Shown piece after piece: positions 21,211-31,787 of a stretch of 64,000 nt of DNA; the first letter of the stretch is position 1, and every line of letters starts with the position of its first letter. Location: the NCBI GenBank assembly GCA_050014495.1, contig JBEKDF010000008.1:25587-89586 (forward strand), in the 5' to 3' direction. The translations under genes were made by a program, and so were the position numbers. Source of the DNA: Candidatus Bathyarchaeia archaeon (GTDB taxonomy: Archaea > Thermoproteota > Bathyarchaeia > TCS64). The notes beneath the pieces are model-generated. The model did no database searches, was not told where the DNA came from, and was given only the letters and a program-made list of their open reading frames with translations.

Positions 21211-22539
21211 TCATTCAGCTTTCTTCGCGTATCTAGCGTCGTCATTCTTCTCTTCTGTATTGAATCTAAGTAACGCAGTCACATCGCTCTTCCATTGATC
21301 CATGTTATAATGTATGACTCGCCCTATGAAGAGATCTCTGAGCTTCTGGAGGCTAGGAATCTCTTGAACCGCAAACTTATAGTGGATGTACTTTGGATCG
21401 CTCAACTGTTCATCCGTTAGGTAGATTGGTTCTCTCCTGAAGTTGATCTCGATCATGCATCTGTTGAGCATCTTCAGGAAAACGTCGTATTCGCTGTTCA
21501 GTTTTGAGAGATCTTTTTTAGTCGCATAATCTCCACGACTTAGTATTCGAAAGAAGTATGTGGCCCTGCCTTCGTCGACGCCGGTTGTAGCCTCGAGGGC
21601 GACCGCGTTGCCGGGCACTGAAGGGTCTTCGCTGTAAATTGGGATGAGGAACCATACATAATCCTCGACTTCGCTCTGTGTGAGGCTGCGCTTCACTCCA
21701 AGACTGATCTTGTCGTTGCGTGATAGTTCCTTTAGGAAATCATATGATTCGCTTAGACCCATTGCTCTGGCCTTTAATTCGAGTTGGGCCCAGAACTCGG
21801 GTGTAACTTTATCTATCTCGGCCTTCTCCGCAGCTCTGCCTTCTTTCAGTAGATCTGCAAGTCTTCTCTTCTTAATTGTGTCAATTTGTGGTTGTATTTC
21901 CCCGATTATCTTCTGGGTTCTCGTCGTAAGTTCGTTAATGGCTTCGGATAGGCTTCGTCTCAGATAGTCACGTTTCTCACCCATCTGAGTGAATGTTAGT
22001 CTCTCCTCTGACTCGGTTTCGACTATAAATGAATAGTCCTCCACTCTTGCATCATAGATGTAGCAGTAGGGCACCCTCAGGGGTTTATGTTTCCGTGGCA
22101 ATATGAGCAAAGCGGAGTCATAAAGACGCACCTCGCAGAGGTCATTAAACACGTCTTGACCCTTGGAGGCGTAAGTTAAATTTGCCTCGATTTGTGCCAC
22201 TCTTAGACCTTCATTCATTAGTAAATATTTTATGAAGAGTTCGTTTTTCATCCGGTATAGGGTTGTTAGGAAGTTCTCGTATTCGTAGCCGATCTGATTT
22301 AGAGTCACCATATGATTTGATGATAGAATCAGTTTGATGATGTAATTCTCATCAGAGATGCCCACGATATCGGTGTAAGCGATTGCAAAGTTCTCTCTAC
22401 TCATCTGCTCAATTATTAGGGATGTGTCGTCAAGAGTTGCTTTGGCTTGACCCCCTGAAACTGCCTTTCCACCCTCATCGCTTAAAGTGTAGGTGACGTC
22501 GCAGCTCATCGCTTCTTTGTTATCTGGGGAATCCTGCAT
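21211..22539 (-). CDS. Hypothetical protein, two PH-like beta modules followed by a helical region
   Basis: Repeated pattern L.D..L.I...IxY..I......Y; C-terminal INFRREPIYL, FIGRVIH. Confidence 0.7.
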   Translation of the reverse strand: MQDSPDNKEAMSCDVTYTLSDEGGKAVSGGQAKATLDDTSLIIEQMSRENFAIAYTDIVGISDENYIIKLILSSNHMVTLNQIGYEYENFLTTLYRMKNELFIKYLLMNEGLRVAQIEANLTYASKGQDVFNDLCEVRLYDSALLILPRKHKPLRVPYCYIYDARVEDYSFIVETESEERLTFTQMGEKRDYLRRSLSEAINELTTRTQKIIGEIQPQIDTIKKRRLADLLKEGRAAEKAEIDKVTPEFWAQLELKARAMGLSESYDFLKELSRNDKISLGVKRSLTQSEVEDYVWFLIPIYSEDPSVPGNAVALEATTGVDEGRATYFFRILSRGDYATKKDLSKLNSEYDVFLKMLNRCMIEINFRREPIYLTDEQLSDPKYIHYKFAVQEIPSLQKLRDLFIGRVIHYNMDQWKSDVTALLRFNTEEKNDDARYAKKAE

Positions 22540-22696
22540 GGGAAAATATTATTCAGTTCAGCTTAAATCACCTGCGAGTGCACGCGGATGCCAGTTTCGA
22601 GTCACTCGAGGATGACTCTCAAGAGGCTGTGACCCTCGAACAATCAAGGGAGTGTTTGGTTGGGAATGATTGCACGTGCACATGTTTCAGCTGCTG

Positions 22697-23926
22697 TTAG
22701 AGCAGATACATCAACAAACCAGCCGCTAGTGGCATAAGCAAATTATCGTCGATGGGCAGGGGGAGAGCCTCAATCAAAATACCCGCTGCTGCCCCAATTA
22801 TTGCGGTAATTGGATCTACAAATAACAATGCGCCAAGGAAAGCGAATACCAGGCCAATTATTGAACCCTCTACACTCTTCCCACGATTAAACGGGATCTT
22901 AGTTTTCCCAAACCTTTTGCCAAATATCGACGCAGAGCTGTCGCCGAGAGTGAGCACAGCTATTGCAGCATATCCTATCCTAGCAGGAAATATGAGTAAG
23001 CATAGTATCAAACCTAGTGCATGGAATATTGGGGATGTGTTGAACTCATTAAGCTCTGATCTATCAGCAGCTAAAAGAGTGATCTTCGAGATTATGGGGA
23101 CATTGGTGCCGAGAATCCTAAGAAACTCGGCGGCAGAGTAAATGACCACCGCTATCGACAACAGTGTCGCCACTATGAGGTTATTGAACAGGTAAATACT
23201 TATGAAAGGAATTAGCAACCCACTGGTATGAATCAACTCTCGTATCAGATTACCATTTGATATTCGGTTATCATGATTCACATGACCGGTGAGTATACCC
23301 GTGATCTCTGAAAGATCTTCCTTTACTACGTAATCCGCACTTCTACTAATCACATAATCCGGGTTGAAGCCGATACTCAGCCCACAGACCTTCAGAAGCT
23401 GCAAGTTGTTATAGTCATCAGCTATGAGGGCGCAACTCTTCGAGGACAGCCCCTCATACTTTAAGATCTCATTCAGGGCCGTTATCTTACCATCCTCCTT
23501 AATCACGGACCCAGATATTTCGCCCGTGAAGACGCCATCTTTGATCTCAACTTGTATCCCCGAGGAGTAGTCTGCCCCAAGACGCTTCGCGAGATCAGCC
23601 ACTAAGGTATCAGGTAGCCCCGAGCTAATCAACGCGGTCTTAAACCCCAGAGTCTTTAACTCAACAAAGAGCTGCTCGGAGCCAGGCATAAGTGGGAGAC
23701 CCTTGAATACTTTTGATAATTCGTCCATCTTAGTTCCCTTAAGGTATCTGAAAATGGCTCTAAGGGAGCGCTCCAGTGAGAGCACCCCTAATGAGTATAG
23801 GAACCCGATTATAACGAATTTGATGAAAAACGTAGGGCCATGACTCTTGCTCGCCTCGAACAATAGGAAGCGCCTCTTTGGAATGAGTACTCCTTCAACA
23901 TCGAAGATTACTAATTTTATAGGCAA
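22697..23926 (-). CDS. HAD (phosphoserine phosphatase-like) fused to dolichol/phytol kinase-like domain
   Basis: LVIFDVEG, LISSG, FTGEI; RELIH, GDSSASIFGKRFG, KSVEGS, DDNL. Confidence 0.88.
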   Translation of the reverse strand: MPIKLVIFDVEGVLIPKRRFLLFEASKSHGPTFFIKFVIIGFLYSLGVLSLERSLRAIFRYLKGTKMDELSKVFKGLPLMPGSEQLFVELKTLGFKTALISSGLPDTLVADLAKRLGADYSSGIQVEIKDGVFTGEISGSVIKEDGKITALNEILKYEGLSSKSCALIADDYNNLQLLKVCGLSIGFNPDYVISRSADYVVKEDLSEITGILTGHVNHDNRISNGNLIRELIHTSGLLIPFISIYLFNNLIVATLLSIAVVIYSAAEFLRILGTNVPIISKITLLAADRSELNEFNTSPIFHALGLILCLLIFPARIGYAAIAVLTLGDSSASIFGKRFGKTKIPFNRGKSVEGSIIGLVFAFLGALLFVDPITAIIGAAAGILIEALPLPIDDNLLMPLAAGLLMYLL

Positions 23927-24188
23927 ACCCGACTCATCCTTGGTACGGTTATATCAAATCTTTAGACGTATATCATTAACACATCAAGAGGCAGTTATAA
24001 ATCGAACATTCGCGCAGGTAGTGAGTAAAAGAAGTTATAAGATCCCGTAGTCGGATGCAGGTCTGAGACAAATGCGCCAGCCTTCATTATTTAGATTTAA
24101 TTAGGAAAGTACGAGAGCCAGTGTCGATGGCGATAAAGTACCAAGGTTTAAAGTTGACAATAAATTAAGGATCAGAGACTGATTATTA

Positions 24189-25367
24189 ATGAGAACACAA
24201 GCAGCCCTGATAATCTGCTTGATCCCATTACTGCTAACAGTCTCCATAACACAAACGAATGCTCAAACGGGGACACATTGGGAGAACACTTACGGAGGAG
24301 CAAAAGATGACTATGGCCACTCCGCCCAACAGACCTCAGATGGTGGATTCATCATCGCTGGGCAGACAAATTCAATCGGAGCGGGTGGCTACGAGGTTTA
24401 TCTAATAAAAACTGATGCTTAGCGAAAGCTGCTGTGGCAGAAGACCTACGGGGGAGCATATGATGACACTGCCTGGTCCGTCCAATTAACAACAGATGGA
24501 GGATACATAATCACAGGCAGCACCTATTCATTCGGCGCAGGTGGTTCCGACATCTACCTCGTGAAGACAGATGCCCTCGGAAACCAGCTGTGGCAGAAGA
24601 CCTTCGGAGGAACAGGTAACGATGAAGGCTACTCCGTTCAACAGACCACTGATGGCGGATACATAATTGTTGGAGTTTCTACCCAAAAAGGATCAGGCGG
24701 TTATGAAATTTATATTATAAAGACGGACTCCTCGGGGAACCTAATTTGGGAGAGAATCTATGGGGGAACAAGCGAAGATGCCGGTGACTCGGTTCAGCAG
24801 ACTTCGGATGGTGGATACATAATCGCTGGATACACTAGCCCGCTCAAAGGTTATAGCACATTATCCGATGTAGGCTTTTCCGATATTTACCTGATAAAGA
24901 CTGACTCCTATGGGAAGCAGTTATGGCGGAGAACCTATGAAGGAAAAGGCAATGATAAGAGCTTCTCCGTCCAACAGACCACCGATGGAGGATATACCAG
25001 CTCATTCGGCGCAGGTAATTTAGATGTCTACCTCATAAGGACGGACTCATTGGGAAATCAACTATGGCAACAGACCTATGGGGGAGCAAATGGTGATACT
25101 GGTGCTTATGTTGAACAGACCTCAGACGGAGGATATATAATCGCTGGTAGCACAAATTCATTCGGTACAGGCAACTTTGATGTTTACCTCATTAAACTGG
25201 AGGGAAATTCTGCTCTAACTCTTCCATCTAATCCGACATCACCCTTATCATCATCCTGGATAATACTCGCATCAATAATTTTCGTATCAGCGATAGTTAC
25301 TGTCGTAGTTTATATATTTTCTAAAAACAAAGGCGCACATGAACCTTTAGCCAACTTATCTCTCTAA
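24189..25367 (+). pseudogene. Secreted/anchored beta-propeller repeat protein interrupted by in-frame TAG at 24420-24422
   Basis: Signal peptide, repeats W..TYGG...D...SVQQT.DGGYII.G, C-terminal TM; the two ORFs are in the same frame. Confidence 0.8.
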
Positions 25368-25396
25368 ATATTTTCCATTCACATATCAGTAAGTGG

Positions 25397-26575
25397 TCAG
25401 CGCTTATCGAGGCACGTGTAGATGGCTCGGCTTAACTCGGCGGCGCGGTCGTCACGGCCCAGAATCATTCGATTCATAACATATCCAACTGCTAGCCGCT
25501 TCTGTGGGTCAGCGAACCCAACTGACCCACCCATGCCCTGGTGTCCGAACGCAGATTCAGGGCGAGGATCGCCATTATCGGGATCCGACAGCATGAATCC
25601 GAGGCTTCGTCTGACTGGGATCCCCAAGATAGCATCCTTACCATGGAACTGCTCGTGACGTGCGCGTTCTACACCTTCCTCAGATAATAACCGAACACCA
25701 TCCGCTGAACCTCCCGAAGCAAAAGGAGCATACAGTCTAGCCAAACCACGTGCACTAGCGTGTCCATTCGAGGATGGGATCTCTGCTTCACGCCAGCGTT
25801 GTGTATTCGCAGCCCTCGGCGGCCGCGGCGGATTAAGGAACGCCCAAGCCCTCATCCTACTCCCAGTGCGGAGACTCGCGTGAAAGAAGAAGTACTCCAA
25901 GGCTCGTGGGGGAATCGTCTCCGCTGTACGGGCCTCCTCCTTAGGGGATAAACCGACAAACACATCCGCCCCGAGAGGACCTGCGATCTCCGAATGTAGA
26001 AACTTGCCAACCGACACTCCAGTGATCCGTCTTAGCACCTCACCATTAAGCCAACCGAAGGTTGCTGCATGATAGCCGCATCGTGTGCCAGGTTCCCAGA
26101 AAAGCGAGGACTGCTCCAGGTTCTCGATCATATATAACCAATCGTAGAGCGCCTTATCCGGTACCCTAACACTGGGCGCGGGTAGCCCTGCGGTGTGAGT
26201 CAGAATGTGTCTCACTAGAACACCTGACTTCCCATTCTTCCCAAACTCCGGCCAATAGCGAATCACTGGCGCATCGAAGTCGAGCAAACCCCGATCAGCT
26301 AACATGTGCATGGCGAGTGCGAGCCACCCCTTGGTGGTTGACCACACGTTTACGATGGTATCTGCCCCCCACGGTCGCAAACCCGCCGCATCCGCCGACC
26401 CACCCCACAGGTCCACGACAGACTCCCCATCAACCATCACATGAACAGCCGCGCCCACCTCGCCACGCTTCGCGAAGTTTGCCTCGAAGGCCTCACGAAC
26501 CGGCTCAAAGCCTAGAGCCACCTCTCCGGCAACGGGGAACTTCATTGTAGCCATTTGATCACTTTTTCTATTCAC
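25397..26575 (-). CDS. Serine hydrolase, beta-lactamase class C / esterase family
   Basis: STTK (SxxK), LTHTAG, YHAATFG, FGHQGMGGS. Confidence 0.93.
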   Translation of the reverse strand: MNRKSDQMATMKFPVAGEVALGFEPVREAFEANFAKRGEVGAAVHVMVDGESVVDLWGGSADAAGLRPWGADTIVNVWSTTKGWLALAMHMLADRGLLDFDAPVIRYWPEFGKNGKSGVLVRHILTHTAGLPAPSVRVPDKALYDWLYMIENLEQSSLFWEPGTRCGYHAATFGWLNGEVLRRITGVSVGKFLHSEIAGPLGADVFVGLSPKEEARTAETIPPRALEYFFFHASLRTGSRMRAWAFLNPPRPPRAANTQRWREAEIPSSNGHASARGLARLYAPFASGGSADGVRLLSEEGVERARHEQFHGKDAILGIPVRRSLGFMLSDPDNGDPRPESAFGHQGMGGSVGFADPQKRLAVGYVMNRMILGRDDRAAELSRAIYTCLDKR

Positions 26576-26714
26576 TGATACTTGAAGACTCGCACCTATA
26601 AACTCCTAATTGAAGCACAGGAGCATTAGCCTTCAGCGTCGAGATCAATGTTACTAATACCTTAAAGTTTGACGAGGGATCCGCGCGTCATCTCATCAAG
26701 TGTGTGGATGATTC

Positions 26715-27356
26715 TCAACAACTTTTGGACTTAGCGGTTCGTATAGCGGAGGTCAACTCTTCTACTGCTTTCCTCATATCCGGAGCGCAGACCACAGCCG
26801 AGACAACCGCAATCACGTCAGCTCCAGCAGATATTACCTCATCTATGTTTCCGAGGTTAATTCCACCAATCGCAACTATGGGGATATTCACCGACTCAGC
26901 AATCTCCTTAAGTCCATAAAGTCCTGTTGGAAGCGGTGTATCGGCCTTAGTCAGAGTAGCGAAGACAGGGGAAGCAGCGATGTAACTTGCACCGTCCTTT
27001 TCAGCTTTAATTGCTTCAGTAACGGTGGAGACTGAGGCGCCTACGATTTTGTTAGGACCCATTAGCCGTCGCGTCAATTCCACCGGCATGTCTTCTTGTC
27101 CCACGTGGACACCTTCTGCACCTAGAGCGAGGGCGATATCCACTCGGTTGTTCACAATAAAATCTATGCCAGCCTCCGCAGTTATGGATCTCAGAACTTT
27201 CCCAATGGTTATCATATCCCGATCTATCATCTGCTTCTCCCTGAATTGTACTACCTTGGTTCCTCCAGCTATGGCTGCTTTGACCTCATCGATATGTGTA
27301 CGTCCAGGGTAGAATCTACCATCAGTAACTAGGTAAAGATCCCAATCGGAGATCAT
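26715..27356 (-). CDS. thiE: Thiamine-phosphate synthase
   Basis: LYLVTD, QFREK, GVHVGQED, VF.T.TK, VAIGGI. Confidence 0.95.
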   Translation of the reverse strand: MISDWDLYLVTDGRFYPGRTHIDEVKAAIAGGTKVVQFREKQMIDRDMITIGKVLRSITAEAGIDFIVNNRVDIALALGAEGVHVGQEDMPVELTRRLMGPNKIVGASVSTVTEAIKAEKDGASYIAASPVFATLTKADTPLPTGLYGLKEIAESVNIPIVAIGGINLGNIDEVISAGADVIAVVSAVVCAPDMRKAVEELTSAIRTAKSKSC

Positions 27357-27368
27357 TTCATTCCTTCT

Positions 27369-28202
27369 CTATGGGCGTTCCAAGTATCGCACCTTGGCAC
27401 CCTTATGAATCTGCTCGGATGTCAGGTTGTAAAGGCTATCAAAAAGTGAGACCTTGAAGCTACCCGGTCCCACCGCCTTCGGGGCAGCGAGTTCAGCTGC
27501 CAACCCAAAACATGTTAGTCCAGCTGTAGCAGCTAGAACATAATCACTCTCAACGGCGGCGAAGGCAGCAATAACAGTAGTCGACATGCATCCAGTGCCC
27601 GTCAAGGTTTTAAGCATTAGATGTTTGTTGTCGACCGCAGATACTCGCTTTCCATCAGATATGAAGTCCCGCGCCCCAGTTATGACGGCTGTCAGTCCGT
27701 ATCTGTTGGCTAAGGTTTTGGTGGCGATTGCTGGATCTCCCACCTCTTTCACGCTATCTACGCCTTTGACTACTCCCCCCAGACCCGTAAGTGCACCAAT
27801 CTCCCCAGAGTTACCTCTCACAATTGCGATGTGTAGCTCCCTGAGGAGTCGGAGGCTACTATCGGTGCGAAGTTTAGTAGCTCCCGCTCCTACAGGGTCC
27901 AAAATAATTGGGATACCCAACTCGTTTGCTCTCCTGCCAGCGGAAAGCATTGACTCGACCAGCTCGGGAGTCAGTGTACCAATATTCAGAACCAAAGCCC
28001 CGGCTGCACTCACCATCTCAGCAACCTCTTCCTTAGCGTGAGACATTACTGGTTGGCCACCTATGTGTAGGGTAACATTGGCTGTATCATTCATAACAAC
28101 CATGTTTGTTATGTGATGAATGAGAGGCCTCCTGTTGCGTAGCCGCATCAATAGTTCTGAGGTGGTTTTAACGAGGTCCTCCGATCTATCTTCCAATGAC
28201 AT
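27369..28202 (-). CDS. thiM: Hydroxyethylthiazole kinase
   Basis: PLIHHITN.V, LNIGT, LDPVGAGAT, RGN.GEI, TGTGC, GPGSF. Confidence 0.95.
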   Translation of the reverse strand: MSLEDRSEDLVKTTSELLMRLRNRRPLIHHITNMVVMNDTANVTLHIGGQPVMSHAKEEVAEMVSAAGALVLNIGTLTPELVESMLSAGRRANELGIPIILDPVGAGATKLRTDSSLRLLRELHIAIVRGNSGEIGALTGLGGVVKGVDSVKEVGDPAIATKTLANRYGLTAVITGARDFISDGKRVSAVDNKHLMLKTLTGTGCMSTTVIAAFAAVESDYVLAATAGLTCFGLAAELAAPKAVGPGSFKVSLFDSLYNLTSEQIHKGAKVRYLERP

Positions 28203-28342
28203 CCACTTGAAATAAGGCGCCTGCATTTTAAGTTTAATCACACACACCACGCCGCTAAGCGCGTGAAGTGTTTGTCAAGAGGTCACCGAGGAGAAACCCA
28301 ACCCCTAGAGTACAGCCCTTCTATAGTCGAGCCCAAGCTCAG

Positions 28343-29602
28343 CTAGAGCTTCTCCAATATCTTCTTCTGCCACTCGACCATCGCATCTATTTCCTCTTCG
28401 GTGTTGTAGAAGTGAGGGCTGACGCGTATGCCACCATAACCTCCCTGCATCTTGAGGGTCGGCCCTTGGATGGCTCGCTGCTTCCGGTTCCTCATCTCTG
28501 CTACGCTTCGTTGGTCACGTTCGTAACTGCCCGTTGTGTACATGGTAAGGGCGTGTCGCTTAGAATTGAGGACCCCATCCTCTTCCTCCCGGGGCGTTCT
28601 TATGGTGCACCCGATGTCCTCTAACCCGTCTGAGATGTAGTTCCCTAGGTGCATTAGTCTCTCCTCTATGTTATTTCGCCCAAGCTCATTCAGGTATTTT
28701 AACGCGGCATGCCACCCCCAGATCTGGTCAGTCGCCGTCGTTCCCATGTCGAAGCGCTGAGCCGTCTTAGGTGGGGGAAGATCATAGCTATCAACAGGGT
28801 CGTGGTCACGCGCACCAAAGGGAAACTTGGCGAAGCCGTCCACTCCGGGACCCCGATCTATGTTTATATAACTGAAGTAACTTGACTCGAGTTTCTCACA
28901 GTGCTCCTTCTTTGCATAGAAGAGCCCAGCCTCGAGGGGCCCACATTGCCACTTATAGCTGCCGCTGACGAGGAAATCGACAGTATCCTTGTGAACATTG
29001 ATTACCTTAGCTCCCACGGTCTGTATGGCGTCGTCTACAACTAGGGCGCCGTGCGGATGCGCTATTTCACAGACCTGCATAATGTCGTATGTAGCGCCGG
29101 AGCCGACGCTCGTCCGGTTAATGCAAACGAGCTTCGTGTGGTCGTCCACCGCATTCTCCATCTCGCTGCGGAGAATACGCCCGTTCACATTCCTGATCTT
29201 ATGTATCTCGACACCCTTCTTGCGTAGACTAAGCCAAGTATGGCCGCTACTCGGGTACTCCTGGTCAGTGATTACGACATTATCCCCGCGGCTCCATCCG
29301 ATGCTATAGTCGATGATGTCCTTGACGGTGTTGAGCCCCTGGACGACTCGGCTGATATGACAGACCTCGTCAGGATCTGCGCCGATGAGCTTCGCGGCTT
29401 CCCGGTTGGCAAGGACAGCTTTCTCGCTGAACCATGCATGGTCAACGCCGCCCAACGTCGAAGCATAACGGCGTCTACTCCAGTATTCGATTATGGCATC
29501 GTAAACTACGAGGCTAAAGGCACCCGCTCCAGCAGCTCCTAAGTAGATCACCTCATCGAGGTGGGGAAAATTGCGCCTTACCTTCTCAACGTTGATGCCC
29601 AT
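28343..29602 (-). CDS. Class V PLP-dependent enzyme
   Basis: DQEYPS, VDDAIQ, SYKWQCGP, RVSPHFYN. Confidence 0.88.
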   Translation of the reverse strand: MGINVEKVRRNFPHLDEVIYLGAAGAGAFSLVVYDAIIEYWSRRRYASTLGGVDHAWFSEKAVLANREAAKLIGADPDEVCHISRVVQGLNTVKDIIDYSIGWSRGDNVVITDQEYPSSGHTWLSLRKKGVEIHKIRNVNGRILRSEMENAVDDHTKLVCINRTSVGSGATYDIMQVCEIAHPHGALVVDDAIQTVGAKVINVHKDTVDFLVSGSYKWQCGPLEAGLFYAKKEHCEKLESSYFSYINIDRGPGVDGFAKFPFGARDHDPVDSYDLPPPKTAQRFDMGTTATDQIWGWHAALKYLNELGRNNIEERLMHLGNYISDGLEDIGCTIRTPREEEDGVLNSKRHALTMYTTGSYERDQRSVAEMRNRKQRAIQGPTLKMQGGYGGIRVSPHFYNTEEEIDAMVEWQKKILEKL

Positions 29603-29625
29603 GTTATCATCTTAAACTTCGTGAT

Positions 29626-30825
29626 TTAAGAGTGAGACGCTATTCTTCGGAGTGTTACCTCGATCCGCTCGATATCCGAATCCCTATTCCAGAATCCAAC
29701 ACTAATTCGGACGCAGTGCGGCAGAGTGGCTTCGATGACACGTGTGAAGATCAGTTCGTCGCGGAGTTTCTCGACCACGGTCTTCGGTTCGATGCCGTTT
29801 ACTGTAAAGCTGAGGAGACTCCGCTGGTTACGGCCGGATAAGACCTGGACGCCTGAGATGCCTGAGACGCGGTCCCAGAGGTCCTGATATAACTCTAGAG
29901 TGTGGCGAAGTATGAAGAGGAGGCCAACATCATCCATTATCCAGTTGACTGCAGCGGTCCCGCCCTCGATGACAGGGAGAGGCCGGGTGCTCACCTCATA
30001 ACGCTGCGCTGTCGGTGACAACGCGATCTTCTCGCTCGCACCATGGTCAGCGCTACTAAATACTCCGCTGTAGGTGGGTTTCACGTGCTCCATTGCCTCT
30101 TTCCGTACGTATAAGGCGCCTCCTCCGTCGGGGCCACAAAGGAACTTATGGCGGCTCATAGCGTAGCCATCGACACCTAGACTATGTACGTCCACTTGAC
30201 TTGTGCCGACGGCCTGGATTCCATCAGCGAGGAGGAGGGCACCTGTATCGTGGGCCGCTCGGCTGATGGTGGAGAGGTCTACGCGTCCGCCGGTGGCGAA
30301 GTTAACGTCGCTGATGAGGAGCATACGCGTTCTCGGGTTCACCGCTTCGCAGAAATGTTTAGTGGGGTCGTGCTCACCGTAATGCTGGTCGATGACATTG
30401 AGCTTGACTCCGTGACGCTCGCAGAGGATCTTCATAGGGATTGATGCAGCGGGGTTCTCGAGGCTTCCTGTGAGGATCTCATCACCAGGCTTCCAGTCGA
30501 TCCCCCACATAAATATGTTCATGGCGGTAGTACTGGAATCGCATAGTGCGACCTCCTCGGGCTGACAGGAGAGAAACCTGCCGAGAACCTTCTTAGCGTC
30601 CTTAACCACGGAGTCATATCTTCCGAGGCCTCCCATGGTCTTCATTAATTCAGGGTCGTCACCGCGACTCGCTGCCTCCTCCAGGTAGCCCTTTGAGATG
30701 GCTCTCCTCGCTGCTTCGCATAGGGGTCCCCAACTCCCCGCGTTCACCGCGATCAGTTCGTTCCTCAGGTGAAGCTGCTTACGGATCTTTTCGAGATCGC
30801 TCATTGAACCAGAGCTCAAATACAA
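29626..30825 (-). CDS. Class V PLP-dependent enzyme
   Basis: NAGSWGP, DGIQAVG, HKFLCGP, VRIS...WN. Confidence 0.88.
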   Translation of the reverse strand: MYLSSGSMSDLEKIRKQLHLRNELIAVNAGSWGPLCEAARRAISKGYLEEAASRGDDPELMKTMGGLGRYDSVVKDAKKVLGRFLSCQPEEVALCDSSTTAMNIFMWGIDWKPGDEILTGSLENPAASIPMKILCERHGVKLNVIDQHYGEHDPTKHFCEAVNPRTRMLLISDVNFATGGRVDLSTISRAAHDTGALLLADGIQAVGTSQVDVHSLGVDGYAMSRHKFLCGPDGGGALYVRKEAMEHVKPTYSGVFSSADHGASEKIALSPTAQRYEVSTRPLPVIEGGTAAVNWIMDDVGLLFILRHTLELYQDLWDRVSGISGVQVLSGRNQRSLLSFTVNGIEPKTVVEKLRDELIFTRVIEATLPHCVRISVGFWNRDSDIERIEVTLRRIASHS

Positions 30826-31128
30826 CTGCTTAACACTTCCTAAGATACGCGAGCACTTTGAGTACTATGCTATATCTACTAAGGATGAACCATTTGGGGA
30901 GCAGCTCTTAGCTCCGCAAACTATTTGTAACATTAATATCTGGGATTAACGTCGAAAATTTTATATCCCAAACCAAGGAGACTACAACCGCTTCAGAAAG
31001 CCCTCATCAAAATCACGTACGTTCTAGAATTAATTACTGAATGCAATAATTACATGTGCGAAATATTCAATTGTATTAGTTTTAACTTAGCACATAATCT
31101 ATATGAATAAAGGATCATCTTACTAAGC

Positions 31129-31392
31129 ATGAACGACATCGACGAGAACAAGAAAAAGGCTCTTCAAGTTTTAAAGTCTCATGAGTATGAAATCGATGAG
31201 TTTGAGGAAACCATTTTAGGGAGTAAGTATTGCGAGAGAGACAAGGGAGGAGTGATGTGCCTTTTAATAGAAGTGACTCCACTTTATAATGAGATTAGAG
31301 TGTGGGGTGAGTATGCGTCGTATCATATCGACAGTAATCTTAGTAAACTAATCAGCGCTTTAAATAAAGATCTAATTGAGTTAATCAGTTGA
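31129..31392 (+). CDS. Hypothetical protein
   Basis: 87-aa ORF with TATA-like TATATGAA upstream. Confidence 0.5.
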   Translation: MNDIDENKKKALQVLKSHEYEIDEFEETILGSKYCERDKGGVMCLLIEVTPLYNEIRVWGEYASYHIDSNLSKLISALNKDLIELIS

Positions 31393-31424
31393 GCGCATGA
31401 TTTAAAGGCGACGCATACGCGCGC

Positions 31425-31562
31425 GAGCTCTGTGAAGGCAAAGGGAGTCGGGAGGAGCATCCTTTATTCAGTAAGCGTACCGTGGAGGCATATAGTGACA
31501 CAATCGATTTCAAATACAAGAAAGAGTCTTGGACGACCTTCATCATAAAGCTGGGCTCGTGA
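31425..31562 (+). pseudogene. Degenerate C-terminal fragment of a histidine kinase HATPase domain
   Basis: ELCEGKGS...KRTVEAYSDTIDFKYKKESWTTFIIKLGS*, resembling KAAEVHGGTIEVESEVGKGTTFKVRL of the kinase at 63135. Confidence 0.45.
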
Positions 31563-31787
31563 CTCGTAAATCTAAAAAGTGACTATGAATTGGTATAGTA
31601 AACGCATAGTTTACCAAATTATATTGAGCATGGGGGCCATAGGCCCCATTGTCCTCTGGTTGCTGATGCGGCATCCAGTTGTTTCCTGTGGCCAGCTCTA
31701 CCAAGCTGGTTGAATCAGGTGTTGACTAAATAATATTTAAGGTATATCGATTACCAACTCATAAATCAGATCGAGGAGCTTGCACGA

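Noticed and set aside
24420..24422. Genome-wide TAG recoding
   Set aside because: TAG ends several genes at their expected C-termini (for example 678 and 896).
28203..28342. TPP riboswitch upstream of thiM-thiE
   Set aside because: No CTGAGA or other TPP aptamer core is visible on the minus strand.
31545..31725. Minus-strand frame with WMPHQQPEDNGAYG resembling a prenyltransferase/cyclase repeat
   Set aside because: A single weak motif with no convincing gene structure.
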